Of a DNA stretch of 64,000 nucleotides, positions 36,154 to 45,722 are shown piece by piece. Position numbers and translations under genes: made by a program. The DNA is taken from NCBI GenBank assembly GCA_045807245.1, contig JBJMHS010000016.1:41952-105951 (forward strand), read 5' to 3'. Each line of letters begins with the position of its first letter. Within the stretch, counting starts at the first letter, position 1. This DNA comes from Actinomycetales bacterium. Lineage in GTDB: Bacteria; Actinomycetota; Actinomycetes; Actinomycetales; CAVURS01. The notes beneath the pieces were generated by a model that saw only the letters and a list, made by a program, of their open reading frames with translations, ran no database searches and was not told the origin of the DNA.

Positions 36154-37949
36154 ACTTGGTCAACCTCGAACGGGTGAGCGTGTCGTACGGCGCGGACCCG
36201 TTGCTCGACCGGGTGAGCCTGGGCGTCGCGGCGGGCGACCGGGTCGGCGTCGTCGGCCGCAACGGCAGCGGCAAGACGACATTGCTGCGCGTGCTCACCG
36301 GTGCAGCGGCGCCGGACCGCGGCCGGGTGACCCTGTCCAGCCGGCCCCGCATCGGCTACCTGCGGCAGGACGACGACCTTGACCCGCAGTCCACGGTCCG
36401 GGCGAACGTGCTCGGCGGCCGGGCGGACCACGAGTGGGCCGCCGTCGCAGCGATGCGTGAGGTCGTGCAGGTGCTGCTCGCCGGCGTCGACCTGGATCGA
36501 CGGGTCACCGAGCTGTCCGGTGGGGAGCGGCGCCGTACGTCGTTGGCGCAGTTGCTGCTGACTGCACCCGATCTGCTCGTCCTCGACGAGCCGACCAACC
36601 ACCTCGATGTCGAAGCGGTGGACTGGCTCGCCCGACGGCTGGCTGCGATGGTCCCGGCCTCGTCCTCCTCGGCGGCGTTGGTGGTGGTGACGCACGACCG
36701 CTGGTTCCTCGACGCCGTGACGACGACCACCTGGGAGCTGCACGACGGGACGGTCGACGCGTACGACGGCGGCTACGCGGCGTACGTGCTGGCCCGGGCG
36801 GAGCGGGACCGGCAGGCCGGTGCGGAAGAGGCCCGTCGCCGCAACCTGGCTCGCAAGGAGCTGGCCTGGCTGCGTCGTGGCGCACCGGCCCGGACCGCCA
36901 AGCCGAAGTTCCGGATCGAGGCGGCGAACGCGATCATCGAGGGCGAGCCCCCGCCGCGCGACCGGCTCCAGCTGGAACGGTTCGCCACCGCACGGCTCGG
37001 CAAGGACGTCGTCGACGTCGAGGACGTGACGCTCACGCGCGGCGACAAGACGGTCCTGCGCGACGTCACCTGGCGGCTCGGCCCGGGCGAGCGCGTCGGG
37101 CTGGTCGGGATCAACGGCGTCGGCAAGACGTCCCTGCTCCGGCTGCTGGCCGGTTCACTCGCGCCCGACCGTGGCCGCTTGCGGCTCGGTCGGACCGTGC
37201 GGCTAGGTCAGCTGAGCCAGGACCTGGCGGATCTCGACCCGGCGCAACGGGTGCTCGACTCCGTGGAGGAGATCGCCCGGGTGACCCGTACGACGCAGGG
37301 CGAGGTCAGCGCGTCGAGCCTGCTCGAACGGTTCGGCTTCGTCGGCGACCGGCTGGTCGCGCGGATCGGCGACCTATCCGGCGGCGAGCGGCGCCGCCTG
37401 CAGGTTCTGCGCCTGCTCCTGGAGCAGCCGAACGTCCTGCTGCTCGACGAGCCGACCAACGATCTGGACATCGACACGCTCGTGGTGATCGAGGACTACC
37501 TGGACACCTGGCCGGGCACGCTGGTGGTCGTCTCCCACGACCGGTACTTCCTCGAGCGGGTCTGCGACACGACCTACGGGATGCTCGGCGACGGTTCCGT
37601 ACGGATGCTCACCCGCGGCATCGACGACTTCCTGGCCGCCGTCGCGGCCCGTGAGCAGACCGTCGTACCCGAGCTCGCCCCCAGCGCGTCACCCAGCGCG
37701 TCACCCAGCGCATCCTCCCTCGCCCAGGCGAGCGAGGCCGATCGTCGCGAGGCGCGCAAGGACGTGGCCCGGCTGGAGCGCCAGATCGGCAAGCTGGCCG
37801 ACCGCGAGCGCCGCCTGCGCGAGCAGATGGCCGACCATGTGTCGGACTTCGTCCGCCTCGGCGAGCTGCAGGCGGCCCTCAACGAGCTGGCCGCCGAGCG
37901 GGAGGCGGCAGAAACCAGTTGGCTGGAGGCCGCCGCCATGCTGGAGTGA
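36144..37949 (+). CDS. ABC-F family ATPase (two ABC domains, no TM domain)
   Basis: GTG at 36144 with SD GGAGGA 8 nt upstream. Two Walker A motifs (GRNGSGKTT, GINGVGKTS), two signatures (LSGGERRR twice) and a coiled-coil C-terminus. Confidence 0.9.
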   Translation: MPVNLVNLERVSVSYGADPLLDRVSLGVAAGDRVGVVGRNGSGKTTLLRVLTGAAAPDRGRVTLSSRPRIGYLRQDDDLDPQSTVRANVLGGRADHEWAAVAAMREVVQVLLAGVDLDRRVTELSGGERRRTSLAQLLLTAPDLLVLDEPTNHLDVEAVDWLARRLAAMVPASSSSAALVVVTHDRWFLDAVTTTTWELHDGTVDAYDGGYAAYVLARAERDRQAGAEEARRRNLARKELAWLRRGAPARTAKPKFRIEAANAIIEGEPPPRDRLQLERFATARLGKDVVDVEDVTLTRGDKTVLRDVTWRLGPGERVGLVGINGVGKTSLLRLLAGSLAPDRGRLRLGRTVRLGQLSQDLADLDPAQRVLDSVEEIARVTRTTQGEVSASSLLERFGFVGDRLVARIGDLSGGERRRLQVLRLLLEQPNVLLLDEPTNDLDIDTLVVIEDYLDTWPGTLVVVSHDRYFLERVCDTTYGMLGDGSVRMLTRGIDDFLAAVAAREQTVVPELAPSASPSASPSASSLAQASEADRREARKDVARLERQIGKLADRERRLREQMADHVSDFVRLGELQAALNELAAEREAAETSWLEAAAMLE

Positions 37950-37954
37950 CGCCG

Positions 37955-39178
37955 GTGAGCCGGATCCTCGATGTGGTGGCGCCGCGGCGTCTCGGCTCGG
38001 GCTTTCGGTGGCTGCTCGGGTCGTACTGGCTCACCAACCTCGGGGACGGGTTCACCGTCGCGCCCGGCCCGTTGCTCGTCGCCTCGCAGACCCACAGCCC
38101 AGCCCTGGTTGCGGCCGCCGCGTTCCTGCAGCGGCTGCCGTGGCTGCTCTTCGGCCTGTACGCCGGTGTCGTCGCCGACCGCGTCAACCGCCGCAGCATC
38201 ATCATCGTGACCAACCTGGTGCGGGCAGCCGTCCTGCTCGTTCTGGCCGGGTGCATCGTCACCGACGAGGTCTCGATCGCGGTGGTTCTCGCGGCGCTGT
38301 TCCTGCTCGGGCTCAACGAGGTCTTCGCCGTGACCACGAGCGGGACCCTGATGCCGATGCTCGTCGCCAAGGAGGACCTCGGCGCCGCCAACGCCCGACT
38401 GATGTTCGGCCTGATCGCGACCGAAGAGATCGTCGGGCCGCCTTTGGGGGCAATGCTTTTCGCCGTCGGCATGGCCTTGCCGTTCGTGGGTGAGCTGGTC
38501 CTGGTGCTCGCCGGGGCCGCGCTCGTCGCCAGGGTCCGGCTGCCGGCCCACAATGAGTCGCGTTCCGAGGAGCGGGTGACCGACGAGATCCGCGAGGGCT
38601 GGCACTGGCTCTGGGCACATCCGGCGGTCCGAACGCTCGCGCTGACGATCCTGACCTTCAACGTGACGTACGGCGCCGCCTGGTCCGTCCTGGTCCTGTA
38701 CACGCGCGAGCGGTTGCACATGGGGGAGATCGGCTTCGGGCTGGTCACGACGGCCATGGCCCTCGGCGGGCTGGCCGGCACGGCCTCGTTCGGGCGGCTC
38801 GAACGCCGGTTCACGTACGGCGTGATCATGCGGATGGCCCTGGTCACCGAGACAGCCGTGATGCTGTCGCTGGCGTGGCTGACGTCGGCGCCGGCGGCTC
38901 TCGTCGTGTTCGCCTTCTTCGGTGCCGAGGCGTTCGTGTGGGGCACCACCTCGACGACGGTGCGCCAGCGGGCCGTGCCGGCCGACATCCAAGGCCGGGT
39001 GAACGCCGTCTACCTCATGGCGGTGTTCGGCGGCATGGTGATCGGCGCGGCCATCGGCGGCGTGCTGGCCGAGCTGTGGGGCGTGACGGCGCCGTTCTGG
39101 TTCGCGTTCGTCGGCTCGGCGGTGATCCTCGCCCTGATCTGGCGCACCCTCACCCAGATCGGCCACGCGGAGTCATAG
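37955..39178 (+). CDS. MFS transporter (12-TMS type)
   Basis: GTG 5 nt after the ABC-F stop. About 12 hydrophobic segments and the motif GVVADRVNRR. Confidence 0.85.
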   Translation: MSRILDVVAPRRLGSGFRWLLGSYWLTNLGDGFTVAPGPLLVASQTHSPALVAAAAFLQRLPWLLFGLYAGVVADRVNRRSIIIVTNLVRAAVLLVLAGCIVTDEVSIAVVLAALFLLGLNEVFAVTTSGTLMPMLVAKEDLGAANARLMFGLIATEEIVGPPLGAMLFAVGMALPFVGELVLVLAGAALVARVRLPAHNESRSEERVTDEIREGWHWLWAHPAVRTLALTILTFNVTYGAAWSVLVLYTRERLHMGEIGFGLVTTAMALGGLAGTASFGRLERRFTYGVIMRMALVTETAVMLSLAWLTSAPAALVVFAFFGAEAFVWGTTSTTVRQRAVPADIQGRVNAVYLMAVFGGMVIGAAIGGVLAELWGVTAPFWFAFVGSAVILALIWRTLTQIGHAES

Positions 39179-39233
39179 CCCCGGCACAGGCGGACCAAAC
39201 GCCTTGACTAGCCGGCCACTCGACGCTCTGGTC

Positions 39234-40493
39234 ATGACGATCACGGCGCCCGTCCCGGCCCAGCGCTCCCGACCCGCCCCGGGCCCCGTCGCGGGCCGTG
39301 CCCAGGCCCGGCCGCAGACCGGCGTCGTGGTCGATCTCGTCGTGCCGGTCTACAACGAGCAGGCCTCGCTCGACCGCTCGGTACGTCGCCTGCACCAGTA
39401 CGTCGCGAGCACCTTCCCTTACCGCACGCGAATCACGATCGCCGACAACGCGAGCACGGACTCGACGTCCGCCATCGCCCACGACCTCGCCGACGAGCTC
39501 GACGACGTGCACGTCCTGCACCTGGAACAGAAGGGCCGGGGCCGCGCGCTCCGCGCCGCCTGGACGCGCTCCGAGGCGCCGGTCCTGGCCTACCTGGACG
39601 TCGACCTCTCGACCGATCTGGCGGCGCTCCTGCCGCTGGTCGCCCCTGTGGTGAGCGGGCACTCCGACCTGGCCATCGGGACTCGGCTGGCTCGCGGCTC
39701 GCGGACCGTGCGCGGACCGAAGCGCGAGATCATCTCCCGTTCCTACAACGTCATCCTTCGCGGCTCGCTGCGGGCACGGTTCTCTGACGCGCAGTGCGGG
39801 TTCAAGGCGATCAGGAAAGATGTCGCGCAGCAACTGTTGCCGCTCGTTGAGGATGAGGGCTGGTTCTTCGACACCGAGCTGCTGGTGCTGGCGGAGCGGG
39901 CTGGACTCCGCATCCACGAGGTACCGGTCGACTGGGTCGACGACCCGGACAGCCGGGTCGACATCGTCTCGACGGCCGTCGAGGACCTGCGTGGCGTCGC
40001 GCGCGTGGGGGCGGCGCTCGTGCGAGGGCGCCTGCCGCTGGCCGAGATCAGGGCTGAGCTCGGCCGGCCGCCCGTATCGGCCGGCCTCATCGGCCAGGCC
40101 TTCCGGTTCGCCGGCATCGGCCTCGTCAGCACCGCGGCGTACCTGCTGCTCTTTGTCGCTCTGCGCGGCTTGCTCGGCGCTCAGGCCGCCAACCTGCTCG
40201 CCCTGCTGCTCACCGCCATCGGCAACACGGCCGCGAACCGGCGGCTGACCTTCGGCGTCCGCGGAGGCGACGATGCCGCGAAGCACCAAGGCCAGGGCCT
40301 GGTGGTCTTCGGCATCGGTCTCGGGCTCACCAGCGTGGCGCTCGCCCTGCTCAATGGCGTGTCCAAGCCACCCGTGTGGCTCGAGCTCGGCGTCCTGGTG
40401 GTCGCCAACCTGGTCGCCACGGCGGTGCGGTTCGTGCTGCTCCGGCGCTGGGTGTTCCGCGCTCAGGGCGCCTGGATCTCGAGTCGCTCGTGA
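39234..40493 (+). CDS. GT2 glycosyltransferase (polyprenyl-phosphate sugar synthase-like) fused to a GtrA-like membrane domain
   Basis: VVPVYNEQ, DNASTDST, YLDVDLSTD and AQCGFKA, followed by 4 TM segments with a GtrA-like ending ...RFVLLRRWVF. ATG at 39234 is preferred over TTG at 39204. Confidence 0.85.
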   Translation: MTITAPVPAQRSRPAPGPVAGRAQARPQTGVVVDLVVPVYNEQASLDRSVRRLHQYVASTFPYRTRITIADNASTDSTSAIAHDLADELDDVHVLHLEQKGRGRALRAAWTRSEAPVLAYLDVDLSTDLAALLPLVAPVVSGHSDLAIGTRLARGSRTVRGPKREIISRSYNVILRGSLRARFSDAQCGFKAIRKDVAQQLLPLVEDEGWFFDTELLVLAERAGLRIHEVPVDWVDDPDSRVDIVSTAVEDLRGVARVGAALVRGRLPLAEIRAELGRPPVSAGLIGQAFRFAGIGLVSTAAYLLLFVALRGLLGAQAANLLALLLTAIGNTAANRRLTFGVRGGDDAAKHQGQGLVVFGIGLGLTSVALALLNGVSKPPVWLELGVLVVANLVATAVRFVLLRRWVFRAQGAWISSRS

Positions 40494-40900
40494 CAGAGCT
40501 CGACCGACTCGATCGCGACCTCGTTGCCCTTGGCGTTCAGGGCCGGTCCGCTGTACTTGCACGGCCACGCGTTATGCAGGACGAACCGCAGCACCGGTGT
40601 GCGGTCCCGGTCCAGCATGGTGATCGTGACGGTACGGCGGTCGGGTGGCTCTGCGGCGATCCACTGCCACAGCCGCAGGTCGCTGGTCACACCGCGCTTC
40701 AGAGTGACGTTTCCGTAGTGGCGCAGGCCCGGGAGCTTGCGCGTGTGCATCTCCGGGTCGTTGCCGTTGCGGTACTCCACCGGGTCGATGGTCGTGCCGA
40801 GACCACGGACCTTGCGGAAGCCGCCCGCCGGCACGTCGCCGGAGCCGTCGCCGAGGTCGACCACAAAGTTGAAGCGGGTGTGAGGGTCGCCGTGTGCCAT
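40463..40900 (-). CDS. Phage tail tube-like protein (T4 gp19 / 'conserved phage tail region protein' family), stand-alone
   Basis: FNFVVDLGDG...GGFRKVRGLGTTIDPVEYRNGND...RKLPGLRHYGNVTLKRGV...LWQWI matches the family pattern as I remember it. Its 3' end overlaps the GT2-GtrA 3' end by 31 nt. Confidence 0.75.
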   Translation of the reverse strand: MAHGDPHTRFNFVVDLGDGSGDVPAGGFRKVRGLGTTIDPVEYRNGNDPEMHTRKLPGLRHYGNVTLKRGVTSDLRLWQWIAAEPPDRRTVTITMLDRDRTPVLRFVLHNAWPCKYSGPALNAKGNEVAIESVELCHERLEIQAP

Positions 40901-40973
40901 GGTGCGGAGCCTAGGCCCGCCACACGGGCGAGGGCACCGGCCGGAAGGCGTCCGACCGGTGCCCTCGTTGCCC

Positions 40974-43340
40974 TCAGTGCGTTGACGCAGCAGCCAGCCG
41001 GTCGGCGGCGCGGGTCAGCGCCTCCGCGAGCAACCGGCTCGTTGTCACATCAACGGCGCGCGGCGCCTGCCCGGCTGCAGCGTCCGCGAGGAGCTGCTTG
41101 ACGTGCGTGGCCAGGAGATCGCGTTGGCCGGCCAGCAGGCCCAGTGCGCGCTGCACCCGCCTGAACGTCCGGTCGTCCGCGCCCGACCCACTCGCCAGCG
41201 CTGCGCTGTCCGCGATGAGGGTCGCCGTCGCGAACTCGCCGACGCTGGAGTTCAGCTGCTGGTAGGCCGAGGCCAGGCCCTCCGTGCCCTGCAAGGCCTG
41301 CGGCACCTGGGTGAGCGCCTGGGTGATCACCCGCCCGTCGGTCTGGTAGTCGTCCCTGAGGCCGACCAGCGACAACAGCGTCGGCCGGAGGTCGGTCTCC
41401 TCGACCCAGGTGCCGACCGTGCTCGCCTCCGGGACAGTGCGTAGCGAGTTCGGGTCCGACGGCTGGTTGCCCTGCGCCGGCGAGGGCCCGTCGACACCGC
41501 GCGCCGCCACACCCGGCCCGACCAGGGCCGACCACGTGACGTCGATGTTCGGGCTGTAGTAGCCGTGGTCCCAGGCGAACGCCGAGTTGATGCTGACGTT
41601 CGGACCGGACGTCCCGAAGAAGTAGTCCGGCTTCGGGAACAGCGTGTACGTCGGTGTCCGCAGCGGATCCGCGGTCTGCAGGTGCAGGATGCGCTGTTCC
41701 GTCGCACCAGCCTGATAGTTGGTGATCTTCTCGCCGTTGACACCCGAGTACGGGTTGTCCCCTGTCATCGCCGCGGTGTCGCGTTCCAGCTGACGCACGG
41801 TGGGGTCATCGGCCACCGGTTGGCCGTGGACGTAGATCGCGGCACCCTGCGGCTCGATGTCGAACGCCGTACCGCTGCTGGCCGTGGTCGACAGCAGGCC
41901 CTTGATGTTGGCAGCCAGCTCGCCGATCTGGCCGTTCGCGTAGTTGCAGGCCACGGTGACGCCGTCGCAGCCGGCCGGTGTCGGCTCGGTCGCCCGGCCC
42001 ACGTTGGCCCCGGCGAACTGATCGTTCTCCTCCGCACTGATCACGAACTCGGTGTTCGCCGGCGTGATCCCGTCCTTGGTGAGGCGGTCGAAGAACTTCG
42101 CGAATGCGGAGTCGTATCGCGCGGCGTTGCCCACGTAGCAGCTGTCACCGGGCCCGATCGGCCGGCCGGTCGCGGTCGCCGATGCGGTCGTGCACCCGCT
42201 CGTGCCCGCCTTCCGCTCGTGCAGGTCGGAGATGTACCCGTAGGTCACCGGGACGCCGCTCTCCTGCATGTCGGCGAGGTACCCGAGGGTCTGGGACGCC
42301 GTCGGGCTGAACCCTGGGAAGCCGGGCTGCGTCGTGAAGGCGCCGATCAGCGGTTGGCCGTCGATGTCGGTCAGGTTGCCGTTGGCGTCGGTGACCGGAT
42401 ACCCGTTGTGCGTGAGGTTCGGCGTGCCCTGGCCCAGCTGCGGCGCGAGGTAGCGATCGCCGAACAGCGCCTGGTAGCCGTGGTAGCCGCCGGGCTCGGT
42501 CGGCAGCAGGTCCGGAGCCGCCGTAGGGGTCGCCGTCGTCTGGCCGAACTTCACTCCGGTGGCGCCGGCACAGAGGCTGTCGTGCTTCGCGCAGTGCAGC
42601 GCGATGCCGATGTAGTCGGCCTGCTCCGCGTCCTTGAAGCTGTCCGGGTCGGCGTTGAGCTGCGCGACCTCCGGCGAGCTCGGACCGAAGACGCTCGACA
42701 GGTCGAGCTTGGTGTTCTCGAGCACCATGTTGGCCGTGGAGAAGTCACCGACCGAGCAGCCGGCCCGGGTGAACGGCACCCAGGGTGCGGGCGTCTGGCG
42801 GTCGGTCGAGTGCGTCGTACTCGTCGGCACCTTCGGCGAGTAGGCCATGGAGGGCGAGGTGTCGTGACCGGTGGTCGGCGTCGAGGCCGTGTCGTAGACC
42901 GGCGAGGTCCAGTAGGCGAACGAGCCCGCGGGGTCCGTCGTCCCGTCCGGGTTGTAGGTCTTGTAGGAGTTGCTGACCGCCTGACCGTGCCGGTCGCCGT
43001 ACAGGCCGGTGTAGATGGTGAGGCTGTCGTCGGCGGTGTGCGCGATCAACGGCGTGTGGGTGTTGGAGAACACGGTCCCGTACTGCTTGAGGAAGTCGAG
43101 GAGGTGCGGCATCTGCTCCAAGTCCGACGGCACGTTGGGGTTGTCCCTCGAGAAGTGGACGTTGTCGAACACGAGACTGACGACGTGCTTGACGCCGTTG
43201 CCAAGATGACATGTCGGGTCACCCGAGCCGGCCTGTGCCGGAACGCTCATCGCCGGTACGCCGAGTGCCATCGCACTCGTCACGACAGCCGCCGCGCCGA
43301 TGCCCGTCGCTCTCCGACCGCTCCCGCCGATAATCTTCAT
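40974..43340 (-). CDS. Large secreted protein, probable alkaline-phosphatase-superfamily (phosphodiesterase-like) N-terminal domain
   Basis: ATG at 43340 (MKIIGGSGRRATGIGAAAVVTSAMALGVPAMSVPAQA signal). HVVSLVFDNVHF...MPHLLDFLKQYGTVFSNTHTPLIAHTADDSLTIYTGLYGDRHG resembles the metal/nucleophile region. The family call is tentative. Confidence 0.55.
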   Translation of the reverse strand: MKIIGGSGRRATGIGAAAVVTSAMALGVPAMSVPAQAGSGDPTCHLGNGVKHVVSLVFDNVHFSRDNPNVPSDLEQMPHLLDFLKQYGTVFSNTHTPLIAHTADDSLTIYTGLYGDRHGQAVSNSYKTYNPDGTTDPAGSFAYWTSPVYDTASTPTTGHDTSPSMAYSPKVPTSTTHSTDRQTPAPWVPFTRAGCSVGDFSTANMVLENTKLDLSSVFGPSSPEVAQLNADPDSFKDAEQADYIGIALHCAKHDSLCAGATGVKFGQTTATPTAAPDLLPTEPGGYHGYQALFGDRYLAPQLGQGTPNLTHNGYPVTDANGNLTDIDGQPLIGAFTTQPGFPGFSPTASQTLGYLADMQESGVPVTYGYISDLHERKAGTSGCTTASATATGRPIGPGDSCYVGNAARYDSAFAKFFDRLTKDGITPANTEFVISAEENDQFAGANVGRATEPTPAGCDGVTVACNYANGQIGELAANIKGLLSTTASSGTAFDIEPQGAAIYVHGQPVADDPTVRQLERDTAAMTGDNPYSGVNGEKITNYQAGATEQRILHLQTADPLRTPTYTLFPKPDYFFGTSGPNVSINSAFAWDHGYYSPNIDVTWSALVGPGVAARGVDGPSPAQGNQPSDPNSLRTVPEASTVGTWVEETDLRPTLLSLVGLRDDYQTDGRVITQALTQVPQALQGTEGLASAYQQLNSSVGEFATATLIADSAALASGSGADDRTFRRVQRALGLLAGQRDLLATHVKQLLADAAAGQAPRAVDVTTSRLLAEALTRAADRLAAASTH

Positions 43341-43533
43341 CGCCACCTGCTTCCCTTGCCGGTTGCTGACCGCTGGGACGCTAGCCACCCGACCGGTCCA
43401 GCAGGTGTGGGTAAGGTGAACTGGAGCCGTCGGGCGTTGCGAACCGCGGGACGACGCCAGGCCGTCGGAGTCGATACAACTCTCGAAGCGCTGGGGCGAC
43501 AACCCGAAACCGGGCTCCGGTAACTTCGTCCTC

Positions 43534-43626
43534 GGAGGGCTGACCGAGTGGCCGATGGTGGCGGTCTTGAAAACCGCTAGGCAGGACACCACGCCTGTCT
43601 CGTGGGTTCGAATCCCACGCCCTCCG
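43534..43626 (+). tRNA. tRNA-Ser (anticodon UGA), type II with long variable arm; CCA not encoded
   Basis: Acceptor GGAGGGC/GCCCTCC, anticodon stem GCGGT/ACCGC with loop CTTGAAA, T-arm GTGGG-TTCGAAT-CCCAC and a 24-nt variable region. Confidence 0.9.
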
Positions 43627-43672
43627 CAGTCGGTCGAGGGCCAGCTCCGCGGCGAGCGCAGCCGGTTGAGGA

Positions 43673-44326
43673 TCAGTCCTCGCGGGACAGGTAGCGGACC
43701 ACGGCGAGGACCCGGCGGTGGTCGTCGGTGTCCTCGTGCAGGTGGAGCTCGTCGTAGATGCGTGACACGTGCCCGACGACGGCCTTCTCGGTGATGTGCA
43801 GCTGGCGCGCGATCGCGGCGTTGGATCGGCCTTGGGCCATCAGGCCGAGCACCTCTCCCTGTCGGGCGGTGAGGCCGTCCAGCGCACCGGTGCGCCGGCG
43901 CGCGCGGGTCACCATCAGGGCCACGACCTCGGGGTCGAGGACGGTGCCGCCCTCCGCCACGCGCTTCAGGTCGGCCAGGAAGGTGTCCACGTCCGCGACG
44001 CGCTGCTTCAACAGGTACCCGACGCCGGCCGGCCGTTCGGCGAGCAGGTCAAGGGCGTACTGCCGTTGGACGTGCTGGCTCAGGACGACGATGGCGACGT
44101 CCGGCCATCGCCGGCTGATCTGTACGGCGGCGACGAGCCCTTCCGTCGTATGCGTCGGCGGCATCCGGATATCGGTGATCACCAGCTCGGGCCGGTGCTC
44201 GGCGACGTCACGCAGGAGGTGCTCGGCGTCGGCCGCGGCGGCCACGACCTCGTGCCCCCCGCCCTCGAGGACGCGCACCATCCCGGCGCGCAACAGCGCC
44301 TCGTCCTCCGCGACGATCACTCTCAC
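43673..44326 (-). CDS. NarL/FixJ (LuxR-HTH) family response regulator with no adjacent kinase
   Basis: GTG at 44326 with GGAG 8 nt upstream. Receiver VIVAEDE...VITDIRMPP... plus LuxR HTH LTARQGEVLGLMAQGRSNAAIARQLHITEKAVVGHVSRIY. Confidence 0.85.
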   Translation of the reverse strand: MRVIVAEDEALLRAGMVRVLEGGGHEVVAAAADAEHLLRDVAEHRPELVITDIRMPPTHTTEGLVAAVQISRRWPDVAIVVLSQHVQRQYALDLLAERPAGVGYLLKQRVADVDTFLADLKRVAEGGTVLDPEVVALMVTRARRRTGALDGLTARQGEVLGLMAQGRSNAAIARQLHITEKAVVGHVSRIYDELHLHEDTDDHRRVLAVVRYLSRED

Positions 44327-44610
44327 GGCTGCTCCGCAACCACTGCGGACTGGCCCGGGCGGACCGGCCCTGACAGGTTCGTGGCCGCAAGAGGCGACCT
44401 GGCTCCGACCAAAGTGGCGACCTAGGTCTCTACTGCGCGCACCACACGCCACCGACTATTGATCAAGGCCGTGCCGTCCGGGGCATGGGCCGCCGCCAGG
44501 GAGAAGATCGACCGGCTGGGCATCAGGGAGCCCATCAGGGAAGTCGGTCGGGTCCCCTTCTCCTTGGCGGCGGCCGCAGGCCAGACGGGCATCGCTAGTC
44601 ACGCCGCTAG

Positions 44611-45597
44611 TCACGCCGAGAGGACGGCGCTCTGCACCTGCGGCAGGATCTGGGTCAGGTCGACCAGCTTCACGTGGGCCGCGGCGACCTTGGTGAACGC
44701 GGCGATCGGCAGGCTCGTGTCGCCGAACCTCTCGACGAACAGCTCACGAGTCTGGGTCGGGCCGAAGTTCAGTGCCCACGAGACCGGGCTGCGCGACTCG
44801 CGCAGGAAGGTCAGCGGCGCCTCGCCCGCGACGTACAGCTCGGCCCGCCGCCCGGAGTGATGGGCCGCGAGGTGCACCAGGTCCTGGAACACCATGCGCT
44901 TGCGGATCGCGTCCTTGCCCGTCCACACGCCGATCTGGAAGTCGGCCACCCGACGGTCGGTCTCCAGGTCGAACCGGTTGGACCGCTCACCGGTCGTCTC
45001 CAGGGCCGGCCGGCTGACGACGGCCTCCCCGGGCTCGAGGATGCGCGGCAAGGCCAGCGTGATGGCCGTCGCGTGGATCAGGTCGTTGAGCTGCCCCAGG
45101 TGGCGTCGCACCGTGATCGCCTCGGTCAGCAGCTCGGTCGTCACGCCGGCCAGCTCGGCAGCCGCCACGGCCGTGTCGGCGTCCGCGCCGTCGAGATCCT
45201 CCTCCAGACCGCCGACCAGCCCGGTGACCCAGCCGCCACTGAGCAGCGCCGCCAGGTGCTCCATCCGGTGAGTGACCGGTGCCTCGCCTCCGGAGCCATT
45301 GGCGCCGTTCAGGGGGAGCTCGTCCCGGGCATCGTGGTCATCCGCACCGTTCACACGTTCGAAGGTAACCGACCGGTCGCGTAGGTCAACTGATCTGACC
45401 ACCCAACCGCTGCGGGTCCACGCCTTCGCCCGGACATGAGTCTCGTTCGGCGACCCGGCCCACCAGCCGGTACGACGGTAGGCCGTGGACGGCAGCCCCC
45501 CGGGGATCCACCGGGCCACCTCGTCGAAGCTCATGTCCAGCCGAGGGCCGGAGTCCACCGCGCTCAGGTGGCGCTCCAGCTGCTCGTACTTTCCCAT
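44611..45597 (-). CDS. Uncharacterised 328-aa protein: N-terminal small module of about 80 aa, acidic/Gly linker, C-terminal alpha/beta domain (possible nuclease-like fold)
   Basis: ATG at 45597 (MGKYEQLERHL...). The N-terminal pattern LDMSFDEVARWIPGGLPSTAYRRTGWWAGSP..THVRAKAWTRSGWVVRSVDLRDRSVTFER resembles a short module I have seen fused to diverse nuclease or defence proteins, but I cannot name the family. The C-terminal FDLETDRRVADFQ is only weakly PD-(D/E)xK-like. Confidence 0.6.
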   Translation of the reverse strand: MGKYEQLERHLSAVDSGPRLDMSFDEVARWIPGGLPSTAYRRTGWWAGSPNETHVRAKAWTRSGWVVRSVDLRDRSVTFERVNGADDHDARDELPLNGANGSGGEAPVTHRMEHLAALLSGGWVTGLVGGLEEDLDGADADTAVAAAELAGVTTELLTEAITVRRHLGQLNDLIHATAITLALPRILEPGEAVVSRPALETTGERSNRFDLETDRRVADFQIGVWTGKDAIRKRMVFQDLVHLAAHHSGRRAELYVAGEAPLTFLRESRSPVSWALNFGPTQTRELFVERFGDTSLPIAAFTKVAAAHVKLVDLTQILPQVQSAVLSA

Positions 45598-45722
45598 GCG
45601 CGCAGTCTGTCGTAACTGGGCGTGTTTGCATGGGACCTTTTCGGAGTCACATTGGCTACCTGCAGCCACAGTTTCTGGCGAACGGTGCACTTCGGGGCAC
45701 TATGGGCCCTGGTCGTCCGACC

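Noticed and set aside
40463-43340. Prophage remnant around the tail-tube-like gene.
   Set aside because: There is no other phage-type gene (capsid, terminase, portal, sheath, baseplate, integrase, lysis) within the 64 kb. The neighbours are a glycosyltransferase and a secreted enzyme.
43341-43592. N-terminal 84 codons of ORF 40974..43592, which would overlap the tRNA-Ser gene.
   Set aside because: The internal ATG at 43340 is followed by a clear signal peptide. The upstream extension overlaps the tRNA on the opposite strand and has no coding character.
44594-44617. 12-bp tandem duplication (GCTAGTCACGCC x2) spanning the stop codon of the 328-aa unknown gene, which gives two in-frame TGA codons 12 nt apart.
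   Set aside because: This is a real duplication, but too small to interpret. It is most simply a slippage event with no effect on the protein.
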